Part shown: positions 27,901 through 42,900 of the stretch, piece by piece | Layout of the letters: each line of letters begins with the position of its first letter | Position numbering within the stretch: the first letter of the stretch is position 1 | DNA from: Tubiluchus corallicola | Taxonomy: Eukaryota > Animalia > Priapulida | NCBI GenBank assembly: GCA_030141605.1 | Contig: JAQGDQ010000061.1 | Span: 669,685 to 733,684, forward strand | Direction: 5' to 3' | Length of the DNA stretch: 64,000 bases | Translations under genes and position numbers: made by a program | The notes under the pieces: generated by a model | Told to the model about the DNA's origin: nothing | Seen by the model: only the letters and a program-made list of their open reading frames with translations | Database searches by the model: none

Positions 27901-30900
27901 GTTTGTCATAAGAAAATTCAACATATTAAGTGTAAGGAAATCACTGTCAGCATCAGCCACGTATTGGATAAAGAAACAACACGAATATCTGTAAGGCACA
28001 ACTGCCAAGTATTCATATATAACTCGATTTGTATAGATGCGCCGACTAAATTATAAAGTACGTGTACAGTAAGCTTAAAACAGGCAAAAATTGCAGCTTA
28101 TGCTTATTCATCGCTATGTACATGTGGGCTTAATTTACCAATAAAAAATCTAGGTTCACTAATATCAGCATAAGGCTGCAAAAAGACGTTCCAAACCTCC
28201 TTAATCTCCATAAACAAGGCAACCAATTTATTTTAAACTACTGTTTACAACATGAATTCACGTGTCAGGTTGTCATTACCCCAAGGCACAATTTATGTGT
28301 CGCACATTACGTAAAAACAAACCTTGAGTAATAACACAATTTTCTGTGAAAATATCCAGTCCAAGCAGGTGGGATTTTGAGAAAATGAGGTTAGCCTTCC
28401 ATTAGCAAACCAGTCAAGATCGAAGGGAAATGGTAGATGGAAATTATTGAATGCAGGGGAAAAGTAGTCAGCATTAAAAGCATAACGGGTGCTCAGAGCA
28501 CTGAGCTGAATCGGTTTTTTGCTGTTAGTATTTCGCCAGAAGAGAATTTTTATTAAAACCACCACGTTAGAGCGCCATTTCAAGTGGTCAAATCGCTCAT
28601 GCACATATAAAATTTAGCCGAGAACGCTGACTAAATGACCCGCAATTGCCGAAAACTATTCTACTTTCAACCTTGGGAACTGCTGGGTTAAAGAGAAAGC
28701 TATACAGCACTGTATTGCTATTGTTTGATCTATTCTTAAATGACTCAGTAGGCTAAGGTAATGTTATTACTTAGGGTACTTAGGATAATGTGCACATTTG
28801 GATTTTTGCAGTGATTCACCTTGTATTTGTATTAATATTTTATAAATACTATAAAAAGCTGGTTTAGGTCACGTGACTTAATTTGAGTGTATAAAAACTG
28901 GATGGCCGACATTAGCCGATGGTCGACATTACCCCATTATATCCTACTGGGGTATAATGGGGTAATGGACAAACACATATATTCTAAAGAAAATAGACAA
29001 GAATTAAGCTCTTTTTCGCAACCCGAACGGGTTGGGGCATTACTCTAAGCAAAAATATATCAAATTTTGCACCAGTAGAAACGATGCATTTAAGGTAGGA
29101 TATTCTTCAAAATTCAGATATGCTTCAGAAATTGCTGCTAATCCAGCATTGTTCGATGCCGTGCTTAGCCTTCAAGCATAAAGCTCGAGGAATGGCTTTT
29201 ACAGCTTTGTGAAACAAACTCTCCAGTAGACGCATATTAAGTAAACTGCATATAGGAGAACTTCAAACTACAGGTAACGTTTAGGAACTAACTTTGCAGC
29301 TGCAGCAACAACGCCATGGTACTATTAAAAACTCGAAGAAAAATCGATATGCTGCACCAAACCCAAACCCATCGATTTTGGTTGCAAATTATTTTTCTCT
29401 TCTGTGTTAATAGAACACGACCCTCCATTGATTCCTAATACAAAGCAATTAACTTGAAGATGTGAGAAGAGGCTTTATTAATGCAGCGAACCGAGCAAAT
29501 AACTTGACGCTTTTTGCAAGAAAACTCGTGTCTATTTAGCTGCACACGCGTGCCAACAGATAACATCAATGAAAAAAAGATGCTGACACTAATAATAGCA
29601 TTCGACCTTCAAGACTGTTGGCCATAAAATTAATTTAAGCAAGTCGAAATCAATTGGCGTCGTGTTGTGTAGTACGAATTAGTCTTCCTTTCATTAAAAT
29701 AAAAAAGGCTGTTGTTAAAGGAAAGCCGTGACTCTACAGTCGCGTTCATTACCAATACAAACAATACAGTGCACTACAACACAATGCAACAGCACAGCAC
29801 AGCACAATACTGTACAACAAACGTCACTCCAATCTCTATTGCCTTTCGTTACCAAACCATAAATGTTTCTACTGGTGAATTGGTGAATTTGAACTTGTTA
29901 AGGAACAGCAACAACGTAATGATTAAGACAAAAGTGCGTGTTAAAACACTAGAGGAAATTGAAAATGGCATGCAACAACAAAAAAATTAGTATACGATAC
30001 GTATTGATATTGCAGGCCTCTCAACTACAGAATGACCGAAATTTCTGTATGTAACAGTAAGCCGACAGGGGAGATAGATGCCTACACTGCTTGACGAAAT
30101 CAATAGCGTTTATCCTCCCCAGTGATACTAACAGCAACATTAGCTACCAGAGGAAGCCACTTTGCACGTGATTCTCCCAGCGTGTGACCAACCCGCGCCA
30201 TACAGAGATTCTTCCTCACCAATGACTGACGCACACACCAAACTGATGATTTGGGGGTTTAATATCAACACAGTGCACGTTGATTTGTCAGCACCCCCAC
30301 AGAGGTTGACGCTGGAGATAGAAATTCATTCGTAAAATAAGGCAGATAGAAACTGGGACTCACGCAGACTCTGACTGGGACTGAAACAGATACGTACTTT
30401 CAGTAACAAAATATTCGATGGCGACTTCTACTGATCCTTGTGTTCTGGTACCTCAGAAATGATGACCTTGATATTTTGTGAAACCAGCAATTCCCTGTTT
30501 TCCTACCTATATTGAAAGACAGCAGAATGTGGCCGTTGGTACTTTCACAATGTTTGATCGAAGTTCACTAATAGAACTATCTTGTCCATGGCCACAATGG
30601 CGCCATCAGACGGCCTCAAAAGCAAGCAGCTTTCTCAATAAATTTGATAATCGAGTAAATGAAATTAAATTACACAACAGACGTGATAACGCTGCACAAA
30701 ACGAATTTTCTACAATCGCAACTGATGAAAGCGTCATTGTAAATAAAGGTCAACTTGGAAAGAACTTTTAAATTGAGACAGGTCTATGTAATCAGTTCAG
30801 CAAACATTAATTCTACATCAGTACATTAGCTTACAAGTCCTCTGGAGATGGAACTGAATGAGATTACACCTATGCAATCTGGAATTACTTGCCACCGTTT

Positions 30901-33900
30901 GCTGGGTTATTAAATTGCTAAGCCAGCGATTTTCCCCCAAGATTTGCAAGTTGCAATTATTCCGGGCTTAAGGAGCGATTGCTCCCCGCACCCTTAAAGC
31001 TGTAATCCCAGTGATTTGCAGTTTTGTCTTCATCTGTTGATGGCGCGTTATTAGAAGCAATGGACTGTTTTGCAGCGGATGTAAACTAATTACAGGGTCT
31101 GCTAAGAGATTTAAAAGAAAATGTGCCGATTGGAGTCTAATTAAGTACAACGTACTGTACAAACTTATTCAGCCATAGTCGCCAGAATTGTTAAAAGCCA
31201 CCTTTCTAGTTTTTATTTTAGAGGAATCATTTAGGAGCACTTCAGTCTTACGAAGCTGTTAACATATGTATAGTTAGTAAACTATGGTTTCGATAAGACT
31301 AGGTATACTTTTAGTAATTTCTGAACTCAACCATTTCGTCTCAAGCCGAAACTATCCCACTGATTTAATGCTATGAACTTTCCCAAAAGCTGCTTCTTTT
31401 CGGTGTCCGCTCTGTGATTATACGTAACTACATCAATAATTTCAACAAAAGATATCTGCACTCGGTGTTTCCAATGTGGCAGATTCACGATAGCACCTAA
31501 ATAGATAATACATCTGTACACAGATGTCCCGAATCGCCAAAGTTTGTACATCTTACACACAGTACACCATATACTCCAGTAAAATTGAAATTCTGATCGC
31601 GCGCAGTACGTCTTTGTTTATTGCTTAACCACAGACGAATGATTAAACCTTCTTCTGACGTCGTTTATCTACTTTAGTGGAATTTTATCGTAGCAAGAGG
31701 AATGACTTGGTGCAATTTTTAAGGCCATTAAACCGCCGATTCTGAGCGAGTCTGTTAATAAAATTGGAATACCAATGGAAGCCGAAGCTAGAGGAGACGG
31801 TGATTCGTACAGAGAAACAATAATGTACAGCATCTCAGAAAGCTTTAATTTACATTTTAAATCTTCAAGTCCCGGGATCTATTTTTCATTAACAAAAAAT
31901 ATATCTAATGTACTGAAAAAAGGTAGACGCAATTAATCCCAACTTTCCAAGAACATATGTAAACGGCTCCAAGTTTTAACTTCCATAGGCTTTAATAAGA
32001 GCTTTTGCTACTGTCTCCCGTGAGATTTCGTATTTTTTTAAACTACAGGATCAGTTTTACACCCATAAGAGGATGTGCATATCATTAATAAAAAAATCCA
32101 CAATTAAGAACAAGGAATTTCTGAACATTTTAATTAATTGTCACTAAGAATTAGTAGCATAGTATTTTATATATAGGGATGCTTAGAGGTTTTACAATTC
32201 TACACATATCGGAAATCTGCATTCAAAAAGGCACCTTTTTATTTGACAAAGTGACTTCCAGTAGCTCTGTGTAGTATGCATAGATACAAACAGGAAATCC
32301 TACGCACCTAAAACAACACCCTCACCGGATGGTTCGGTTAGAAAAGGGTGAATTATTTTCGACAACCCTCAATTATTTCAGACAGAGGTGTCTCGCGTGT
32401 ACAATCAACTTCATCGAAGAAAGAACCTGTTGCTATCTAGTCAAATAAATTATTGTCTTTTAGTCGCACAATGCATGGTCTGAAAAGCAGTTTCGAACAA
32501 TAATAGAAGAATATCTTTAATAACTGCAGCCAGGGAGGTTACTAGGCAGACATCGATATGAATTTACTAACGCAATTTCCACCAACTCAATGAATCAGTT
32601 TTGTTAGTAATTTAAAATACGAAAGAGTTTTTTCACTAATTAATTATGACTGTGATTGCCAGACTTATTTTATAAACCATTGCAGTTTATTTTGCTAATT
32701 ATTACCCACTGCTGATAATTAGATGAAGAAAAGGGACGCTAGAAAATTGTTGACCAATCGGGATTTGAACCCGAGTTTTTTTTTCTGTTAATAATTTTTA
32801 AATTAATGGGTTGAAGAAAAGTTTTTGACAGAGACTGAACTACAGTCTTATTATGCTGCCTGAGCGTGTTATCACACTCAGTAATACCCAGCCCACTTTT
32901 AGAAGTTCCAATCGGGATATATTCCTTGTCAACTTTTTCAAAGCAGTTATCCTTTCGTTACTAAAATGCTTAGGAAAAGCCAAGCCTTAGCACAAAACCC
33001 TGACGAAGGTAATATCTACACCTTATTAACCAAGAAGACTCTGTCGCAAAGCCCAGAGGTAATGACACTTGACACCATGTGCATATGACACCTCTTATTG
33101 ATCCATTGCCATCAAGAGAAGTTCACAAAGGTACAAGTAGCTCTTCGCTATGCTCATTAAAGACCATAACCCGTCTCATTAACCAAGAGCTATTACAGCT
33201 CCTAACAGGAACCACTGTCCAGTAAACAGCTGATGTGACTCATATTCCATTCTCTCTCCTCCGCGGCCACATAATTCATCACCTAGCCATAAATAGCATA
33301 CAATAATAATGATAGGACACATATAGATAGAAGTGTACAGGCTGCAGGCTATTGTGTATATTGTATACACAACGGGCTGTGCACATTATTATAAGCTGCT
33401 GCATACAAAAGCACGAGTAAACACATTTAATATTGGAATTTTCTGAATGAATTCGACCATTCAACTCCTGCACGGAAGCTGTTGTTGCTATGGAAGACGC
33501 AGTGCTGAGAAAAAGGTGAAAGTATTGTGTTCCACAGCAGCATCAGTGTGAGTCATACCAAGGATAATCACTTAGAAAGCTGGTCATGTACTCCTTAGTG
33601 AACGAGATACAGGGTTTCTCTACAAGGAGTCACAGGGCTTCTTTATTAGCAAAATGTGATTAAAAGCTTTGGATGTAGGCATATCGAGCTTTTTACACTT
33701 GGCAGGTTGGGGATGTTTTCTTACGAAAAATAAAATTTCACTATGTAAAGCAGATTCTTTCCACACCACCATCTTTTGGTTGGTCGGACAATCAGACACG
33801 TACGTATACACGTAACTTAGTCATTAGTTCCTATATTGCTGTGTAAAATGTGTAATGTAAAGAGAAAAAAGAGCAAAGAAAAAGGGGGAGAAAGAGGAGG

Positions 33901-33927
33901 AAAGGAGAGAGACAAAGGAGTTAGAGT

Positions 33928-33987
<60 letters not shown>

Positions 33988-36900
33988 TTCATCTGAATAA
34001 TAATTTGTTTGAAATCAAAAAAGGTGACGAAAAGGGTAAGACTGTAACAATAGCTAGTCAGTCAAGAGATGATTTTTGTCAGTTTTAAAAGGCAGCTTCT
34101 TAATATTCATGACCAGACTTAGACTACATACAAAAAATGTCCATATTGCCTTGCCTTCAATTTACCAGCAGGAAATGAAAGCTATATAGCTGCATGCAGA
34201 CGAGGGTATACCCAAACAAAAGCATGAAGAAATCGATTGAGTTGGTTTACTCTGTATATTCCATACAATCTACTACAGGAAATCAGTTTTACTCAGTAAC
34301 TATTTCATTTTATAAACTCTTTGTTGAGAGGCGTGCATACATTTAACACGTTTGAAGCAATGGTTGCTACATTATACAGAAATGTTTGCCCACCTTTAAC
34401 AAAGCCTGCATTCCAGCCATTCCCACCCAGTTGTACATTAGGAGCTCTATGGTTTGTTAATCACATTCCAGAGAAGGAGTTAATCCCAGCTACTCAGAAA
34501 TAAACTACTTTGGAGGAGGAGAAATAGGTAATTAGTGCACTTAACAACAGCATTGTAGTCATACGGATCTTGGCTCAGCGCGACCTTCTAAATACTTTAA
34601 TATTACTTTTCATGGGTGGCGCTAGTTGAAAACACCTTGCGATGCATCTATGACTCCAATGTTGGGATAATAAATACTGCAAAGCATATAGTCTTACTAT
34701 TCAAAAGAAAATGAATGCATTAGACCTTGCACAACCTTTTGTGGACATGTAGCTATACTTAATACAGCAAACTTGTGTTAATAATGACACTAAATACGGT
34801 AAAAGTTTACAGTAATATGATAAGTAGCAATTACAGTCAAGTGAGGTGACCATGGGTTGAAATTCACCAGATGAAATTAAGTGAAACATCATGGGATTAG
34901 TTGAGAGTTTAGCTCTACCAAACAGTTAGTGTTCACTTTCATTCAAACTGGATACATTGCCCCTCCTAAACGCTGTCCTAGCTAATCCACGGTTAGCGAA
35001 CGATCAGTTCCATATCACTGCCCCACAAAAGCTTTAGGGCTCATGCAGCCCCCAGGGTCCTTGAACTAGCAGCGTTCTAATCTGACGGGTCTATAAATGT
35101 TGATAGATTTCTTGATTATGTAGTGTTAACTGCATTTTTCAGGATAAATTTGCGAGGCATTATGAGTGTCGTTCTTCCAACCAGTTGAAACTATAGCATG
35201 TGCGAAATGATTCATATGCCGTTTTACCAGTTAATTACATTCTCATGACCACTACGTTTTGTACTGGATAACAAAGACTACCAAATTAAAGGTGCCAAAA
35301 TTGAGAAAAATTTTGCCGCCAGCCTAAGATCATTAACCATCCTGCAACAAAAACTACGTAATTATAACACTCTCTGAAGCGATCAGCCACATTTTCACCC
35401 TTTCAAATTCAAACCTTTTCACAGCTCATAACAAGTTTGGGTTTTTCTAAGTATAGGCGTGGGTCAACAAAAAATGAAAGGCTCTCCGTTTTATGGACTG
35501 TAAAAATATTATGGGACCAAAAGAAGAAAATGTGAAAGTATTTTGCAAAACACACAACACCAGCAAACCGCTCAAACAACTCTTTACTAATCATGTTTAG
35601 CTTGTCTCAGGACGAATTTTCAGCACAACAAACTATGATCCAACGACAACAGACAAAGGAATTTAAGGACGGTAGTAAATTAAATTCACCGGCATAGGAA
35701 TTTACCAAGATGTCATTCAATTGTTGTGAAAAGACCCTACGAACAAATGGAATTAGACTCCAGAAACAGAAGACAACATGAAAGCCGACATCCAAGTATT
35801 ATTGTACTCGTGTAACTGATCTTTAAGTAGAAAGACATCCAAATCAAATACGTAAATTAATTAATGATCTGCAATTTTTAGGGAGGAAACATGCAGACAT
35901 GAGATAAAGAGCATCCAAGCATTAGTATAAGATAAATAAAACCGATTAACGATGCTACAATAAAAGACATAGCATAGCTTGTGCTTTTTAGCTCCGTTTT
36001 ACAATAAAAGAATGCATGTAATTTGTAAAAAGACCATAGGCAACTTTTGTTATAGAAATTTTTGCTAATTATTTGAGGAATGAGGATGTCAAATAGCGCT
36101 AACTTTAACTAACTAGACACACAGGCGTGGTGAGTCAATGAAGGCGCTGCGAGTAACACTTGTTCAGAGCCAATAGAATTTTTTCATATGGACTTTCCAA
36201 GTTATCTTACAGGCCACTAGAATACAAGTCTGAGCTTTTTAAAAACTATCTGTGTCTACACAGTGTGTAAGCAGAAAGTTTAGTATAGTTTGTCCATTAA
36301 GTTTGGCCCAAGAGTGCGTCGCAGTTTCTGAAAGCTGTTGAAAGAAAGAAAAAAGATGGTTGAAACTGAAAACATCTGGCCAACACATTAGGACCTGTAC
36401 AGCTGTGCGCTACAGAAAAAACATCATTTATCAGTAAAAATATGCAGAGTTTTAAAAAGGCTAGTTTGAGCTTTTATGTGCTCCGATATGCAGGTTTTTA
36501 ACATTAAGGTTAGCTTTAAATGCCCCGAACAAAACAAAAACCACTTGTGTTGACGAACACAAAAGCCACTGTGCACGAAATAATGCTGCTTCAAGTTCAA
36601 CTACTGAAAGAAAACCTACTACAAGAAAAAGCAGAGGAATGCCTTTTGGAAAACTACATGTCAGAGACTATTAAATTGCAAAGTTTGCAGTTTCTTTTTG
36701 AACTAAGTATAACCTCTTTAAGAGTTTGTATTGTTTTTAGTTTTGTAATATACAGTAGTGTTTTCAATGTACTGTACCTGTACACAGTTATGCGCAGTGA
36801 TGACAAGCAAAAATAAAATTATATTCACTGTGACTGATTAAAAAAAATCAATAAATTTGTAGTTGCCGGACAACAGCTCAGCATACTTCTGGCATGCAAT

Positions 36901-39900
36901 CTTGATTGTATTATAGACTATAGCAGAGTGCATTATATAGTTTTCCACAAAAACTGTTTCCGTTGTGACTATTGTGTCAAGAATTTGCGAATGTACTAGT
37001 AAAGCGACAAACAATAACTTAAATAACTAATGTTAAATTAGTAATACATGATTCACATAAATGCTTCAACTCGAGGATACGACGAGAAGGCCAATAGTTT
37101 AGTTACTATGATTAGGCGTGTACCTACAGTATGTGACATTCGTTTATTATGAAACTCATGCACGACCACCACGACTATCTCTTAATGCCAAACAGCTTAA
37201 TCAAACTGAATGCACGAAAATTCCACTCTGAAATATACAATAATTAAAAACCTAGTTTTAGCTTATGACAGAAGTGTTAAACTACAATAAAGCTAGTAAC
37301 GTTCAAGAGGGTCACGCATTGTCCTGACCAGTATTCACGTTTTTGTCAATGGAGTTAATTTAAATTTCAAATTCTGCACAAGAAGAACGGAACAGGAGCA
37401 GAACTAAAACCAGTTCCTCGTTTCTCACTGACGTAGTCCCAAATCTGTTAAAAGGTAGCAATTACTGCCTTCCAAAGAACTCGGGGCGACGTTCGGCTGG
37501 CTTACAAAACGAAACAAAGGATTGGTTTAGCGGATACACTCAATGCGAGATTTTTTAAGGGTATTGTTTGTAAAATGAACCCTCTGTGTCAGAGCGCAAA
37601 GTACAGCCAGGGGCTGTTACGGCACGGGCTGGCAAGGTGTGGTTTTAAACCGAGTCGACATCGCGGATACGAATAGGTACTGTGTTTAAACTACTTCAGC
37701 GACCATTCCACGACTTATTCAAATTCTGCAGGCTTTCCGAAAACAACGTTCTGCATTGAAACGAGAAGAGGGGTAAACAAAATCAGCGAGTACGATGTTT
37801 GAATCAGGTTACACTGCTAGGCATTGATGGAGTAGCTAAGAAAACAAATTTTGTATAGGAAGTGGCAATAGTAATGACACAATGCAAATGTTTATAAACG
37901 AGCACTGAAAAATACCCGTTGAGATAATATGGGCTATTAGTGCAAAACGTGTGTAACTAAAAAAGAAACTTCTTGAAAAAGATGATTTTTGTTGATAACT
38001 TTTAGTTTTGCATGAAAACTGTGAATTAGTCACTTAATAGCTTCACAAAACCCAAATTCAAAAGAGAAATGCTCTGTCAAAGCACAAAAATGAGTCAAAT
38101 AAGTAAAAAAGAGTTTTTCTGAATATCCGCTAGTTTTTCCTGTCAAATTCCCCTTTTCAGCAGTTTGGTAAAATTGTTTAGTCCTTCCTCAAAGCAAAGC
38201 ATATCCGACTCTTTTCTAATGTTATCTGTTTTTATAAAGTGCACTAAATTAGTAAAAAAATACTTGTTGCAAGAAAAGTTGTTGTTTTCTGTCTCTTTGG
38301 GGCGATTATGATACAATGCTAGGTTCTTTTTTATGTACATACACGTAATGTATTACTTATGCAAACATTATGCAATGTAAATTGCAAATAGGTTTATAAA
38401 TTCTGCTGAATATTTTGCATTAATCATTTGGGTAAATTAACATTACGGATATTTTACAACTCACCTTTTTCAACTTGCCGTCTCCTGTACCAACGAAGGC
38501 CACTGTTACACCCTGTACTTGAGTGGTGACCACAGATGTGAGTTGTGTTCTGCCATATGTCAACAATGGCTTGGCAGTGACTGGAAACTGACCATCTAGG
38601 TGAATGTTGATGTCAATGTCAATGGCACAAAAATCATCCTCAATGACTAGAGGGCTCTGAAAATGGCAGAGGAAAGAAAAAATTATAAAACATGTTCTAC
38701 ATGGCAACTATAAATAACTAATTTTTATAAATTTTAGTACTAAATTTGCAGTGCAATTAGACGGCTGTTAAAATAAATGAAATGTGTAACAGTTATTTTT
38801 TACGTAGGGTGGATTTAGTTTAATTTTAAGTGGTTGTGGAAGGACTGGAACCAATCCAGTAAGAGTAAACCTTTTTAGCACGTGAACTTCAATGAGGTAA
38901 AAAATCAGATGATTACAGCGGTGAAACCATCCAAAAGCAAATTTCCTGACGGTCACCCATCCATTATTTAGAGCATGGAGTTGTTTAACTTTGGCTAAAA
39001 AGCACCGACCGCGGCCATTAAGATATTCCCCTTGCTGAACGTATTATAACAAAAAACTTATTAAAAAACCGAAAACAAATGTGGCTAACTATGTTCCCAA
39101 AACATTATCACTTATCCAGTTTTAGACCATGTCGAGCAATATCCACCACATTTGAGTTGCAGCTGTGTTACAATGCAGATGGAAAAATGTCAAATCTGAA
39201 TGATGAAAATATCAGAGAAATATTACAAAAACTCCCAGTGATAAAAGGAAAGACATGAAAGAAAAACTCTCTCTTCAAAAAGCTGTTAATGGTGTTTTGG
39301 GACTCTTTTTGGTTAACGTGTAAAGTCAGCCGGCTCGTTTATCAAATCGCATAGCTTTGTCCTTAACTTGCCTATTGATCAAACAGTAAAAACTTCCAGA
39401 GAAAAGAGCCATAGCATGCTGCAGCTGCAATACAAAGAAACTGGTGGACGGCAATTTTTAGTAATTGAAAGTCTAGTGGTTTTATGTGTGTGAGAGAGGT
39501 CACAATAAGTTGAATATGAATATGAGAAGGTGGAGGGAAAAACCTGGGGATTTTCTCTAATTTTTCGTAAGAGGAAACGCCATAAGAAGAGAAACGTGCT
39601 TTTAGTGACTTCGGACTATGGCTAATTAGAATCCAGGTAAAAAAGTCACAGGTAAAAAAGTCGCAGGACAAAAGTCACAAAAAAGAAATAATCCTAACCA
39701 CAATTAAATTTAATTAATTGTGACTTTTTTTCTTAGCCAAAATTGACTCATGTGACTGTATTACAGTCACTGGGTAGCCATTATGTAACCAGTATGTCTG
39801 GCATTATTAATTAATGCCAAGTATTACTGTTTTACAATATTATATGAATTTATGCACATTATCATAGGTCAATAAGTTTTGCTCAGTCTTAGGCATCAAT

Positions 39901-39944
39901 TATTTTGTAATGTAGTATGAGAAACTGATAATAATAATAACAAC

Positions 39945-39983
<39 letters not shown>

Positions 39984-42900
39984 TGAATAGGAAAGTAACT
40001 AGTCTAATATGCATAAATCAATATCTATTTAAAGCGCAGAATAAAATTGTGTGTAAGATATAATACAATATACCGTCAAGCGGGATACAATGAAATGCAA
40101 TATAATGTTATGTCATGTATTTCATGCACAATATAATATACCAGATTAAGTTAATTTAATACTGGGCCTATACATTCAAATAGTTTCAAGCAGTTTGACG
40201 CTTTGCACTACTGTATACAACCCACATTTATTTGGACCCAAAAATACAACTTGTTTATGTATTTTCATATTATGCATAGCTGTGTAGTGTGTGATTATGT
40301 GATAAAAATTAATGCAAAATTTTCAATGAAATTCATTTAATATAACTTTATGATACATGTATTACAGTACATTACTGCGAATATGAATTAAAAAATTCAT
40401 AAATTCATCTGTCATTGACAAGATGGTTTAGTCTAGTGGTAACGCGTCAGTCCGCTTTCCGTCTGAGAGGTCGTGAGTTCGATACGACGTCCGGGAAATA
40501 GTTCTTTGAGCTAATGTTAATTGTTCATCCAAAGCCGACTTCAAATAAAGATTATTATTAAATAATAATAATAATTATTATTATTACTAAAAAATGAAAT
40601 GCAAGTCTGGTAGTGGTGACGGCATGATGGGATGTTATGGCATTTGATGACGATACAGAATCTACAACAATTAAAATTATTCCCATTACATGTCGAATAA
40701 ATGATGCATCAGAGATGCTATCAATGCAAGATCAATGGACCATTTACACGCATTTTCCATTAACAAAACACAAATTTCACCACATCAGATGATAGAAATG
40801 TACTCAAATGCCACTGCCATTAAGCAAAACACCACAATAAATGCATTGTTCTGCATGTGTAATGTTTTACAGCTATTTCTCGAGGGTGTTTGGATTATAA
40901 TGGATCCATTATTTTTATTACCACAAGCGACAATAAATTTAAAAATGCACAGACGACCTCCTTCATCCTCTGTATCTTGACCTAATTTTCACATGAACGG
41001 TTTTTTCGAAGGCGCCAATGGGATGCATTGCAAATCAAGTTATTTAGAACCACAGTCTACTGAATTTCACTGAGTAATATTAACTTTTAGTAGCACATTT
41101 ATATCATAGGTTGGAAATTACAAACTGCATGTAACATATCTTGTATACTAATACGTTATATACACTACAGTTCTGATTATAAATTTCTACTCTCTTTTAA
41201 CATTTATTAAAAAAATTGTTAAATCTATAGATACATTTTCATTTATTTTCAAGTATTCACTATTCACTTAAGCACTCGATTTAGTCAATTTTAATCTAAA
41301 TTTTACTTGTAAGTGTAGTTTGAAATGAGTGGGTATAAGCAAACCTACATTAACTTCGTGAAAAACGTGAAACTGATGCAGGAAATGTATTTAAAGTTTA
41401 TATGTTCAAAATGAGTTTCGTCGAAAGTGGTGCTGACAAGCCACTGGCATAGCAGTGTCTAGTTTCTTGTTGGATTCTGCTGTTTACCTGTTTCAAGGGC
41501 AGGTTTCTTGTATTTTAGAGTTCAACCTGGCCAGTGTCTACAATAGACGTAATGGGCATATGGTGATGAAGATGTTCAAAATGATTTACAGGGGAATTAT
41601 GAATAGTAAAAATGTACATCTTTAATTTTCTACAAATAAATACACTTTTCTAAAAAGTTCGCTGTAATTATTTACCTCCTACTGGTTAAATTAAGTTCGT
41701 CATTAGTGGATTATTTGCTAAAATGGTCGTTTCCTCAGCAGACAAGTAATTCAATAGTAATTTTCATCCGTGTAGACCGTATGATCTGATACTGATTACT
41801 ACTGGCGAACATAATCAGCAGGGCAGTCTTGATAACATAATGGCCAAGTTTAATCATTCCGAAATTGATGATTACATTTTTGCAATCATTTTAGAGGCAT
41901 TTGCATTGTAGACTGTACATAGATAGTGCAATCGCACGTGAAAGCGCTAATCAATGAGAGCCAAGCTACTTTCACATGTAATTGTAATTAAATACATAGA
42001 TGAAAAGAAAGAGAAAACCTCAGCGGACACTTTTATGGTAACAGAAAATAAGATGGATAAGGGACATGTGCTTGCTAAGATTTAATAAACACTTATTTGG
42101 AAACGAAAGCAATTTGGCAACCAGGAGTTGCAACGCATCGCGTACTAGATAAGTAGGACCAGATAAGCTCACTAACCTTAAATTTGCACATCTTTTTTGA
42201 CCAATTGTAGCTGCGATTTTGACATGAGATAAAAGTACATCCCATCCAAAATGAAACCCAACTGTTAGCTTTCTATAAGTCAGTTAACTACCCTTTAATT
42301 TAACCAGCTACATCGATGGTAAAGCACTCGAGACCCTAGTGGAAGAGTGCGACTCAACTTATCGACAGTAACAAGCTATATAACCTAGATTACCTAACCG
42401 AAAATCCATTTAGCGCTAGGCACTAATACAGAACTATGGCTTCACCCAAATAGCTTGCCGGAATTGAAGTTAATCGTGTGTCTTCAATTTTCACCCAGTT
42501 GCCCGGGTCTTCGTTACAGCTGAAAACTACATTACTGACGTTTAAGTATGTCATTTCCAAGGCTTCACTGCTGATCAGCATGTCCAGTACAAGGCTCACA
42601 CTGTGCTTCCCAAAGTCAGAAGTCTTGGAAGTCCTAATTTATCGACCCTTGTATAAACAACAGACACTGATAAATTAGATCCCGGTGCTGTTTAAAAGTA
42701 CAAGACCTTCGTCACACGATTCGTACTAGATGAAGTTAATTCTACCCCTGCTTTTATTTTGGATGGCGGTTCCATTCTCAGACAAGCTTACATCCTTTTC
42801 CGTCTCCCCAGTTTGTACTAATCGCGAATACTGTTACAAAAACGCCTGTTACGAATGATGGTTGCATGCTATCCGAAAATTTTTTTAGGCCTACAAATTT

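Noticed and set aside
31327-31560. Alternative first exon of plexin within intron 2
   Set aside because: No convincing signal peptide and no phase-0 consensus donor compatible with exon 3.
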